From positions 128,001 through 192,000 of the forward strand of contig CAVOYH010000003.1 in the NCBI GenBank assembly GCA_963700635.1: DNA of 64,000 nt, given 5' to 3'. A model generated the notes under the pieces. The model searched no databases, was not told the origin of the DNA, and saw nothing but the letters and a program-made list of their open reading frames with translations. How positions within the stretch are numbered: the first letter of the stretch is position 1; the number at the start of each line of letters is the position of its first letter. This DNA is from an uncultured Bacteroidota bacterium (GTDB taxonomy: Bacteria > Bacteroidota > Ignavibacteria > UBA10030 > UBA6906). Position numbers and translations under genes: made by a program. Below are positions 39,501-48,092 of the stretch, in pieces.

Positions 39501-40075
39501 CATCCGCCGGATTTGAGGCAATACGCGGCTGATCCGGGTCAGCGTATCCCGGTAATGGTTGCCACTGCCAGAGAGTATCGCCGGTAGGATTCACTTCCCG
39601 CAGGGCGGGGTAGTCCCAGAGTGCATCGGAGATGATGTGGAGGCGGCGGGCAGGGTCGCCGGCAGAGGGAACGGATGCCCCCACAATCGGACAGAACTGA
39701 AATGCGTAGTCCAGATTCCGCCAGACGAGGTTATTCACCGACCGGAGTGCATCGTAGCCGGGCGCAATGCCTCCGTAATTGTAGAGTTCAACCGCAATTT
39801 TGTTCCCGTTCATAAAAAAAGACTTGCGGTCCTTCTGTGCCGTTACGGCGGTGGTTTTTGCCGGTGGTCGCTGATCGGGCTTCATCTGCGTGTCCGGGAC
39901 TCCGGCAACGGGCGTCGTGGACTGTGAAGATGCCGTCGTTCTCATGTACTCCTTCACCGCCCGCTGGGCGCGCTCAGAATTGCTCGTCCGGCGTCTCGGC
40001 GCTTGCGCCGCCGATTACGACACCCAGTGCCACAGCCAGCAACCAATTAAACCGGGTACCTGCTGAAGTTTTCAT
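36508..40075 (-). CDS. Large secreted protein, paralog of 27598-31095 (module 3 cargo); +1 frameshift just after the signal peptide (~39976)
   Basis: ATG 40075 after AAGGA gives MKTSAGTRFNWLLAVALGVVIGGASA-ETPDEQF; TTC [T] GAG joins it to track ORF 36508-39957. Motifs GCKFLESP, DDDGDGLIDE, DESDQIGLTSF, FEGYVVYRS, IYVVPNPY...KFALIK. Confidence 0.85.
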
Positions 40076-40148
40076 TCACATTCTTCCTTTTTGCCTGCTT
40101 GCTTCATCCTTCGAATCCTCTCTGCCTTCGACCATCATGAGCGGGTTG

Positions 40149-42911
40149 CTAGAATTCCACGTTCATGCCTATTCTCACTTCACGGGGCGGGGCGTAGTAG
40201 TCCGGCCGCGCAAACCACTCGCTGGCGGGATGGATGCCGGGAATCTCTCGCGCAATCTTGTCCGTCTGCTGGGCAGTTCCCTGGTTCTCCACGAGGGTGT
40301 AGGTCGCCCGGCCGGTGTCAGTATACACAAACCGTTCAATCAGACTGTCAAACAGATTGTAGACCTTCAGGAAACCGGTGATACGGAGTCCGTACACGGC
40401 AAAGGTCTTGTCCGCCAGGAGGTCAACACGGACCTGTGCCGGCTTGCGCGCGCTGTTTGTTTGCAGGTACACCGTCTGGGTGAGGATCTGCGGCGTATAT
40501 GGCAGGCCCGTACCGACCCGGCCAACGAGCGTCACGTTCCAGTCGTTCGACTCTCCAACCGATACCGTTGCATTCAGCGTGTGCGATTGATCCCAGTCAA
40601 GATAGACCGGCACTTTCTCACTCTGCCGGCCCGAAGACAGGTCCACAAAGAATGCATTCACATCCGTCTCGTTGCCTTCCGCAACCTGGAAGGTGTAATC
40701 CAGCGTAGCCCCGACAAGGTCACCGGGCGCACGACGTTTCGTGATGGAAAAGGTCAGCCCCTTGACGTTGCTGTAATCCTTGTTGACATATTTATAGTAT
40801 GTTTCATCTCCGCTGATGCGGATCTGCTGCTGGGCAAGGAGGTCACGCACATCCTTGTAGAAGCCCGTCGCCGTGAACGAAAGATTGTCCAGAAGTTGCT
40901 GTTGCAGACCGATTTCGTATGTCACGGTTTTCTGCGGATTCAGGTCGGCATTCCCGAAGCTCGGCGTCCCGGTGGAGAAACTGTACTTGAAGTCCGGGTT
41001 GGCGTAGAGGTAGGAGAAAGGCGGCATCTGGAAAAAGTGCCCGTATGAAAAGTGAATGATTCCCCTGTCCGTAATCGGAAAGGAAACGCCGACACGAGGA
41101 CTCCACTGATGCTTGCCTTTGGCCTTTGCAAGAAGAGTCGTGGGATCCACCGTGGACGGAAGAGTGGGACTGTTCGGCGAGGGATAAAAGATGTCTGTCG
41201 AATGGCTGGCGTCCGCGCTGAAATAGTCGTAACGGAGACCGACGTTGAGGATCAGACTCTCGAACTCCATCTTGTCCTGCAGGTACGCAGAAAATTCCGT
41301 CGGCTTACGTGTATAGGCGTCATGGTTGGACGTGTTGGTGCCGGGGATAGTAGGGGTGAAGTACCGTACGGTATCGCGCAGAACAACAAAACTGTCATAG
41401 TACAGCGCATGCGCTTTGTATTCGGCCCCGAGTTTTACCTCGTGATTTGACGTCAGCTGGCTGGTCACATCAAACTTGCCGCTCCAGGTGGCGGACCGCT
41501 GATAGTAGTGTCCGGGCCTGGTGCCGCCGGAGAGGAACGTATACGGCGCCACAGCCACATTTTTGTAGTCCGGCTGGTAGCGCGGATCCGCGTGGAGGGC
41601 GCCAAGGTCCATGCCGGTCCCGGCCGAATATTCCACCGGACTTCCCGAGGCATCCAGCAGGGGATACAGGTACTGTTTATAGTCATTCAGATTCAGGGAG
41701 CCACGCAGCGAATAATATGTCGTCGTGTTGAGCGTATGTCGCAGCTCGAGGGCGTTCAACAACCCCCATTCATTGTTGTTGTAGTTCGCATCAGGGTTGT
41801 ACTTGTAGCTGTGGGAATATCCCTTCCAGGAAGATCTTGAATAGAGCACATCGTAACGGATTTTTGCCGTCGAAAAAGGTGAAAAAGTCAGTTTTGCCGT
41901 TCCACTGAATTCACGGCTGGGGTTCATCGGAACAAGTGCACTGTCGCCGGTCTGATACACCGTAATGTCGTTGGGATTCAGAGGATTCTTGTTGGCATAG
42001 TCCGCCGGTGTGTGCTGGCGGATCCCGTACAGCCATCCTTTTTCGTCGTCAAAGCGTCCGGAGACAAAAAAGGTGAGCGCGTCAGAGACAACCGGCCCGT
42101 TAAACGTGAGTTCGGTGACCGAGTGGCTGAACGGCTTGATATTATCAATATTGGTGAAGATCTCCTTGTGGCTGCTCACATAGTCGCCGGTATAGAACGA
42201 GAGACTCCCTCCAAACCGGTTGCCTCCCTCTTTGGTGACGGTATTCACGACCCCGCTGAGCGCGTTCCCATATTCGGCATTAAACGTTCCGCTGACCACG
42301 GACAGCTCCTGGATGGCGTTGGTCGCGATCTGAACGGTCTTGGTGTTGTCAAACGGATTGGAAATCGAAACGCCGTTAACCGTGTACGAGATCTCATTGG
42401 ACCGGCCGCCACGGATATGGAGCTCGCCGCCGGCACCCTGCGTGATCCCGGCCTGCAGCGAAAGGATCTGTGTAACACTTTCCACGGGAAGCGCCTCGAT
42501 GGACGCGGCGTCGATGTTGGTGTGCGAGGAAGTCAGGTCCCGGCGAATCATCGGCGCCTCGGCCTGAATCTCCACCGTTTCGAGCGCGATCACATCGGTG
42601 GAGAGCCGGACATCCAGCCGCGTGGTGAAGTCGACTGACACCTTCACATTCGAAAACCGCTTTTTCTGATACCCCACGCCGGATGCGACAACCGTATAGA
42701 CGCCCGGAGGGATGTTGATAATCACGTACTCGCCTTCCACATCCGTGCTTGCACCCATCGTGGTGCCCTCGATGAAGACACTGACACCCACCAGCGGTTC
42801 GCCGGTCTCAGTAGCCTGCATACGCCCGGCGATTTTGCCGGTCGTGCCGGAGAGAACAAACACGGGAAGAAGGAGAATCAAGAGAAGTACAGAACAGATA
42901 CGTCGTGGCAT
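40149..42911 (-). CDS. TonB-dependent receptor (module 3)
   Basis: GTTGKIAGR, ETVEIQA, HIRGGR, GTFNAEYG, YLQDKMEF...NVGLRYDYF, SPRVGVSFPI, PREVRIGMNVEF. Confidence 0.92.
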   Translation of the reverse strand: MPRRICSVLLLILLLPVFVLSGTTGKIAGRMQATETGEPLVGVSVFIEGTTMGASTDVEGEYVIINIPPGVYTVVASGVGYQKKRFSNVKVSVDFTTRLDVRLSTDVIALETVEIQAEAPMIRRDLTSSHTNIDAASIEALPVESVTQILSLQAGITQGAGGELHIRGGRSNEISYTVNGVSISNPFDNTKTVQIATNAIQELSVVSGTFNAEYGNALSGVVNTVTKEGGNRFGGSLSFYTGDYVSSHKEIFTNIDNIKPFSHSVTELTFNGPVVSDALTFFVSGRFDDEKGWLYGIRQHTPADYANKNPLNPNDITVYQTGDSALVPMNPSREFSGTAKLTFSPFSTAKIRYDVLYSRSSWKGYSHSYKYNPDANYNNNEWGLLNALELRHTLNTTTYYSLRGSLNLNDYKQYLYPLLDASGSPVEYSAGTGMDLGALHADPRYQPDYKNVAVAPYTFLSGGTRPGHYYQRSATWSGKFDVTSQLTSNHEVKLGAEYKAHALYYDSFVVLRDTVRYFTPTIPGTNTSNHDAYTRKPTEFSAYLQDKMEFESLILNVGLRYDYFSADASHSTDIFYPSPNSPTLPSTVDPTTLLAKAKGKHQWSPRVGVSFPITDRGIIHFSYGHFFQMPPFSYLYANPDFKYSFSTGTPSFGNADLNPQKTVTYEIGLQQQLLDNLSFTATGFYKDVRDLLAQQQIRISGDETYYKYVNKDYSNVKGLTFSITKRRAPGDLVGATLDYTFQVAEGNETDVNAFFVDLSSGRQSEKVPVYLDWDQSHTLNATVSVGESNDWNVTLVGRVGTGLPYTPQILTQTVYLQTNSARKPAQVRVDLLADKTFAVYGLRITGFLKVYNLFDSLIERFVYTDTGRATYTLVENQGTAQQTDKIAREIPGIHPASEWFARPDYYAPPREVRIGMNVEF

Positions 42912-43032
42912 ACAGGCCTCCGTGGATGCTCACACGTCTGGGTGACCGGGGAAGGGGGTGCAACAGCGCACGACCCGCTGACTGGAGTCACGCTCGCAAC
43001 GCCCGTTGGTCTACCCCATGCCGGATGAGTAC

Positions 43033-43068
43033 AAAAAAGGGCCGTGAACGGTTTTCCATTCACGGCCC
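43033..43068 (-). terminator. Strong intrinsic terminator between the FG-GAP gene and the module 3 TBDR
   Basis: Minus strand GGGCCGTGAATGG-AAAA-CCGTTCACGGCCC-TTTTTT. Confidence 0.85.
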
Positions 43069-43105
43069 GGTGGTCATGCAGCTGCGCTAGAATCCGGTGA
43101 ACGGA

Positions 43106-44998
43106 TTACCGGACCAACATCATTTTTTGTGACTTGCTGAAGTTGCCGTGCTTCAGAGTGTACACGTAGCTGCCGCTGGCGACACCCTGCCCGGCGTTGT
43201 TCGTGCCGTCCCATTCCACCTGGTAGGCCCCCTTCGCCGTCTCCTGGCTGGCGATCAGGGTCTTTACTTCACGGCCGACCATGTCGTAGACAATCAGAGA
43301 GATGGTGTTGTCCGCCGGCAGACTAAACCGGATGGAGGTCGAGGGGTTAAACGGGTTGGGATAATTCTGTTCCAGAACATACTGTTCCGGGGTCACGATC
43401 GTCAAATCGATCGGGGCAAACGTGGTTCCGGTCCACTCAAGCATCCGCAGGTTCGTCGCGACCACATTAACCTGCTTCCATGTGCTGTCCGTCCGGAACT
43501 GGTCAGGAGTCATCGTCGTGTCCCAGATGCGGCGGGTATATGACACAGAATCCGCCACACTCTGGTAGGACAGCATCACTTCGACCTTGCCATTGCCGTT
43601 GACATCCGCACCTGCGAACATCTTCGAAACAAACGGGCTCTCAGCGTAACTCGTATCCTTCACGCCAAGCGAATCGCGGTACTCCACCTCATGGAAGAAC
43701 GCCGGTTCGCCCGGGTAGTAGATCGTGCTGGTGTAGCTCGAGGGGCTGGTCAGACTGCCCGTGCCTTTGTACTCTAGCGCGATCACATTGTAGTCTGCCG
43801 ATCCGCCGATCAGGATTTCTTCACGGCCGTTCCCGTTGAAGTCGTATGCGCCGATCCCCCAGTGAGATCCTGCCGTTTTGCCGGCAAGGGTCCAGAGGTT
43901 TTCGCCGATGATGCCAAACTGGGTGCTGTCTTTCCAGACATAGACGCCCGTGTCGCCCTTGGCAATAGTGTTGAGCACCACCTTATAGTTGTAGTCGCCT
44001 GCGCCGATGTAGAGGATGCCTGCAATCTCCTTGGTTCCGTCACCGTTCACATCGACCGGCTGGACACCCATGTACGCCACCGCATCTTCATTAACCGACT
44101 TCATATACTCAAAGTAGAAGTTTTTCGCCTTGGGATTGGTCAGGGTGTCGACACCCGGTGTCGGATAACGATAGGAATCTGGGCCCTTGGGGTCAATGGA
44201 CCAGAAACCGTAATAATTCCAGTAGTGGTTGACGATTTCCTTCTGGCCGTCGCCGTCGATGTCGGCAGGAATGGACTGCCACCAGGATCCGCCTGAAAAC
44301 CGGTTCTCAGGATGTACTGAAGGATCTCCACCTTCAAGGTCCCAGGATCCGAAACCACCGATGTCGCCTATGACTCCGATGATATAGACCTTGTTGTCCT
44401 GATTGGCCATGATCAGCTCATCCCGGCCATCACCGTCAACGTCTTCAACCGTACCGGTTTCACGGTCCATACGTATTGCGGATGTTGCGCCAAGAAGGGC
44501 GGTGAACTGGGTCGCAGGAAGTTCAAGATCTGCAAACCCGGGCAGGGCGCCATATCCGTTGTCCGTGCCGTTGTATTCAAAAACGACCACCTTGCCGGTG
44601 TAGCGTGGGCCTACCGGGAAAATAATTTCACGATTTCCGTCGCCATCCAGATCGCCATCTCGCACCCAGCGGGGAGTGGAATTGGGATTGGACTGGTACA
44701 TATTGGGGGATGACCAGACGAGCTCCAGGATGTCCGGGCTTTTGAACTCGAACACGTGCACGCGTCCGCCGTTGGCATAGTCGGTTGAAACGATCTCCGG
44801 CTTGCCGTCTTTGTCCATGTCCGTCGTTACCCACGCACTCCGGATACCCTGGTCGTTCCGGTACGGCTGGGTGCTATCGGGTCCGGTCCAGTTGGCCTTG
44901 GTCTGATAGGAGTTGTGCGTGGAGACGCTGGTTAACTGCGCGAACGCAGTGCCGGCCGCCAGCACAAGAACGATCAACATCGTAATGGTTCTGCTCAT
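43106..44998 (-). CDS. T9SS cargo with FG-GAP/VCBS-type Ca-binding repeats (integrin-alpha-like propeller) and FlgD-like CTD
   Basis: Seven DxDxDGxxE-type loops (DMDKDGKPE, DLDGDGNRE, DVDGDGRDE, DIDGDGQKE, DVNGDGTKE, DFNGNGREE, DVNGNGKVE); LEQNYPNPFNP...WDGTN...QKMMLVR. Confidence 0.88.
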   Translation of the reverse strand: MSRTITMLIVLVLAAGTAFAQLTSVSTHNSYQTKANWTGPDSTQPYRNDQGIRSAWVTTDMDKDGKPEIVSTDYANGGRVHVFEFKSPDILELVWSSPNMYQSNPNSTPRWVRDGDLDGDGNREIIFPVGPRYTGKVVVFEYNGTDNGYGALPGFADLELPATQFTALLGATSAIRMDRETGTVEDVDGDGRDELIMANQDNKVYIIGVIGDIGGFGSWDLEGGDPSVHPENRFSGGSWWQSIPADIDGDGQKEIVNHYWNYYGFWSIDPKGPDSYRYPTPGVDTLTNPKAKNFYFEYMKSVNEDAVAYMGVQPVDVNGDGTKEIAGILYIGAGDYNYKVVLNTIAKGDTGVYVWKDSTQFGIIGENLWTLAGKTAGSHWGIGAYDFNGNGREEILIGGSADYNVIALEYKGTGSLTSPSSYTSTIYYPGEPAFFHEVEYRDSLGVKDTSYAESPFVSKMFAGADVNGNGKVEVMLSYQSVADSVSYTRRIWDTTMTPDQFRTDSTWKQVNVVATNLRMLEWTGTTFAPIDLTIVTPEQYVLEQNYPNPFNPSTSIRFSLPADNTISLIVYDMVGREVKTLIASQETAKGAYQVEWDGTNNAGQGVASGSYVYTLKHGNFSKSQKMMLVR

Positions 44999-45194
44999 GC
45001 GATGACTCCTTGAATTAAGTTAGGGTTGGTTGATTTTCAGGTCTGGTGTGTCCAAGGGATCTCACGGCTTTGGGAGACTGCGTGATCCGGGTAGCCCACA
45101 ACACACGAAATTTCCCACGCCACAATAACCGCTTGCGACAAGGGAATAATTACGGTGATTACATCGGGTGGAAGCGGGCTGACATGTCGTATAA

Positions 45195-45223
45195 AATATA
45201 GCGATATTGGCCAGGAATGTCAA
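45195..45223 (-). promoter_or_regulatory. Sigma70-type promoter for the FG-GAP gene / module 3
   Basis: Minus strand TTGACA-N17-TATATT. Confidence 0.75.
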
Positions 45224-45284
45224 GGGGCGCAGTGATCTGCCGTTGGTAGTATTCGTCCATGGAACTTCCAATCAGGGATCACAC

Positions 45285-45312
45285 TTGCCTTTTTGTCCTC
45301 GAATGTTAACTT
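45285..45312 (+). promoter_or_regulatory. Putative promoter (extended -10) for the 45362-48031 gene
   Basis: TTGCCT-N16-TAACTT, with TGT directly before the -10. Confidence 0.5.
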
Positions 45313-45361
45313 GGATATGTTGTACTCTCACCCCTTTTCACCTACTAAACAGGAGGCTTCC

Positions 45362-48031
45362 ATGAGGGTTCTCTATTCCCTTTGCCTGGCAACCCTGGCA
45401 CTCGGCTTGTTACTTGCCCCGGGGAACCAGGCGTCGGCAGACGTTTTTGCACACAACATCCGGATCACGCAACCCGATTCCGATGCACCGTTCGACGCAA
45501 AGTTTAACGACGGATCGGGCGCTGCAATCCGGTTTGTTCTTTCCGACCGCGCGGATTCAGTCGTCATCATGATCAACTCCCCGACGGAGACCGTCCGCGT
45601 CCTCCGGGCAACCGATCTGGTTTCCGGGGATACCGTGGTGGTATGGGATGGCAATAATACATCCGGAACCCCCGTTCCATCCGGAGACTATAGCCTGAAG
45701 TTCACCGCATACGACAAAGGTTATTCTCTTTACACAGAAATCTTCTACGATCAACCGGCTATTTTCACCCGTGGGGTTACCACGATCCGGAATACCGATC
45801 TCAAGAATTTTGGATTTATCTACGCCGCAGACAACGGCGGCTATGCCACCGGCGTCGCACGCCATTCAGCCGATGTACGGCAGTGGGGAAACAGCAAGGG
45901 CGTTGCCAAATTAGATAATACCGGCGCCGTTGTTGGACCCGCCAACCTTCGCTATTCATCCGAAGCTGATGAGGCCGGGTATGTGTACCTCATCGGACGG
46001 GATAAGAAGGAAATTTACCGGTATCACACCGATACGATGTTTGTGGCACTGTTTGATTCCGGTGGTTATACCACCAATCTGGAAGGGCTTGCTGTTGCGG
46101 GCACCGGGAGCGGACGCGTTATAGCAGTTGCCGGACAGAGCAAAGTGTATTTTATGCCCGTCGGCGATAACCCTGGCTGGTTCCAGCCGAAGACCATTGC
46201 CGTGGACGGTGATACCTCAGTGATCTACTGGGATGCAGCGTTTGGACAGGATTCGGTCCTTTATACCACGTTTTACGGTGCGAAAGACGATATCCGGCCC
46301 GGCGTCGCAAAGTTTGATTTCACCGGATGGGACGGGACCACCCCGAAAAAACTCGCCGATGCGGTCTGGACCGCAACACTTGACAGCGGCCGCGCCAACA
46401 CGATGGCACTCGATTTCGGCCGCGACACCACCGACGTTGACGACGTGCTATACTTCACGATCGCACGCAGGAAATCCGCCGATGTCAACGTCCGGCAGAA
46501 CATCTACCTCCTCAAGAACCTGAACGCTGTCACGCCGATGCTGGACACGGCGTACATCGACAGGGGCAACAACATGACCCAATCCCGGTCCGATATTGCC
46601 GTGGATGCGGTGGGCAACATCGTCTATTTTGAAAACTCAAACGAAGAGACCGTCCTCATCTCTCCTCCAACCGGACCCAACAGCTTCATGACGCCGGCCC
46701 AGGTGAAGGTGAAGGTCATCATCTCCGAAACGATCGCGGCCGCGCGGCGTAGCACGGTAGATTACTACAAACCGGACCGGTTAAACGATACCGTAACGGT
46801 CATAGGCACAGTCAACTCCGTCAATCCTGTTGCCTCTGCGAATCGTTTCTCCTACTTCATCCAGGATGAAACAGCCGGCATCAACATCACCAAGGGCAGC
46901 GTCACAGGTGGTGGTCCCGTCTACAAGATCGGTGACCGGCTTGTTGCAAAAGGCGTGATCGGTCAGTTCCGCGGAACAACACAAATGAACATTGTCTCGC
47001 TGACAGACGTTGTGCTTCTCGACTCAGGCAACGCCGTGACACCATTCGTGCTTACAATGGATCAGTTCCTTACGGATCCTGAAACCTATGAAAGCCGGTT
47101 CATCAAGTTTAATGGTGTTGCAAAGACCGCGGCTTCGCCGGCCTGGCCCGGAGCCGGAGCCGATGCCAACATGATGATCTGGGACGGATATCGTGAGCTC
47201 ATCCTCCGCCTTGATCAAGACACCGACATTGATGGAACCACGGAACCCGTGTATCCCATGAATGTCCAGGGTGTCGCGACACAGTACACGTCGTTATCCA
47301 CCGTGTTTAATGACGGTTACCAGATTACGCCGAACATGTACACGGATATGACCGGCGGCGTCAATTCGCCACCGAACCGGTACTTTGCACTGCTGAGCCC
47401 TTCCCATACGTCCCGTATCGTGCTGAACGACACGGCACAGACGGTGACATTCCGGTGGGCCGCAGCGGTGGATCTGAACGGCGACAATGTGATTTACCAG
47501 TGGGTCCCCATGGGTTTCTCCGCAGTTCCCACGGGAAATGCAGCGCGTGATACGTTCCTCGTCCGGACCGGCAAACAGCTGCTGACCTATCTGGCCACCT
47601 CGGACTCTGTCGTCCTCAAGTGGCTTGTCGCAGCAAAAGATCCGACCAACGCGGTTGTGTACAGCAGGGATACTCTCTCTGTGACGCTGGTACGCGGAAC
47701 GATCACGGGCGTGGACGGACTCTATGAGATTCCGACACGGTTCTCCCTTGATCAGAACTATCCGAACCCCTTCAATCCGTCCACCACAATCCGCTTCGGG
47801 CTTCCGTCGGCGGCCTCTGTACGCCTTACGGTGTACGATGCCCTCGGACGGGAAATTGCCACACTGCTCAATGAAGAGCGTGCGGCGGGATACATCACCC
47901 TGACGTGGGATGGCGTGAATGGTTCGGGAACACGGGTAGCAAGCGGCATATACTTCTACCGGATCCAGGCGCAGCCTGTGGGCGGTGGTGTGCCGTTCGT
48001 CGAATTAAAGAAGATGATACTCGTGAAGTAA
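45362..48031 (+). CDS. T9SS cargo: N-terminal FlgD-Ig-like, beta-propeller, OB-fold-like domains, CTD
   Basis: AGGAGG upstream of ATG 45362; signal ASA-D; VVWDGNNTSG..VPSGDY (FlgD-like); TVTVIGTV...YFIQDETAGI...IGDRLVAKG (OB-like); LDQNYPNPFNP...KKMILVK. Confidence 0.82.
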   Translation: MRVLYSLCLATLALGLLLAPGNQASADVFAHNIRITQPDSDAPFDAKFNDGSGAAIRFVLSDRADSVVIMINSPTETVRVLRATDLVSGDTVVVWDGNNTSGTPVPSGDYSLKFTAYDKGYSLYTEIFYDQPAIFTRGVTTIRNTDLKNFGFIYAADNGGYATGVARHSADVRQWGNSKGVAKLDNTGAVVGPANLRYSSEADEAGYVYLIGRDKKEIYRYHTDTMFVALFDSGGYTTNLEGLAVAGTGSGRVIAVAGQSKVYFMPVGDNPGWFQPKTIAVDGDTSVIYWDAAFGQDSVLYTTFYGAKDDIRPGVAKFDFTGWDGTTPKKLADAVWTATLDSGRANTMALDFGRDTTDVDDVLYFTIARRKSADVNVRQNIYLLKNLNAVTPMLDTAYIDRGNNMTQSRSDIAVDAVGNIVYFENSNEETVLISPPTGPNSFMTPAQVKVKVIISETIAAARRSTVDYYKPDRLNDTVTVIGTVNSVNPVASANRFSYFIQDETAGINITKGSVTGGGPVYKIGDRLVAKGVIGQFRGTTQMNIVSLTDVVLLDSGNAVTPFVLTMDQFLTDPETYESRFIKFNGVAKTAASPAWPGAGADANMMIWDGYRELILRLDQDTDIDGTTEPVYPMNVQGVATQYTSLSTVFNDGYQITPNMYTDMTGGVNSPPNRYFALLSPSHTSRIVLNDTAQTVTFRWAAAVDLNGDNVIYQWVPMGFSAVPTGNAARDTFLVRTGKQLLTYLATSDSVVLKWLVAAKDPTNAVVYSRDTLSVTLVRGTITGVDGLYEIPTRFSLDQNYPNPFNPSTTIRFGLPSAASVRLTVYDALGREIATLLNEERAAGYITLTWDGVNGSGTRVASGIYFYRIQAQPVGGGVPFVELKKMILVK

Positions 48032-48056
48032 TGGCAGGCTGATTCTACTCTTGCAG

Positions 48057-48092
48057 GTAGGGACGCCCGGTCGGGCGTCCCTACTTTTTTTT
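48057..48092 (+). terminator. Intrinsic terminator overlapping the stop codon of the convergent symporter gene
   Basis: GTAGGGACGCCC-GGTC-GGGCGTCCCTAC-TTTTTTTT. Confidence 0.88.

Noticed and set aside
39974-39976. In-frame TGA right after the signal peptide of the module 3 cargo, as possible selenocysteine or stop-codon recoding
   Set aside because: Read-through stays in the wrong frame; only removing one base joins the downstream ORF. TGA is used as a normal stop elsewhere in the window.
13420-42911. Calling the receptors susC and the downstream genes susD
   Set aside because: The downstream proteins have cleavable non-lipoprotein signals, FN3 and CTD-like ends, and no SusD features; the receptors lack SusC signature motifs.
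24465-45361. Opposite orientation of modules 2 and 3 as an invertible (phase-variable) segment
   Set aside because: No recombinase gene, and no flanking inverted repeats were found by eye; the modules are too divergent for that reading.
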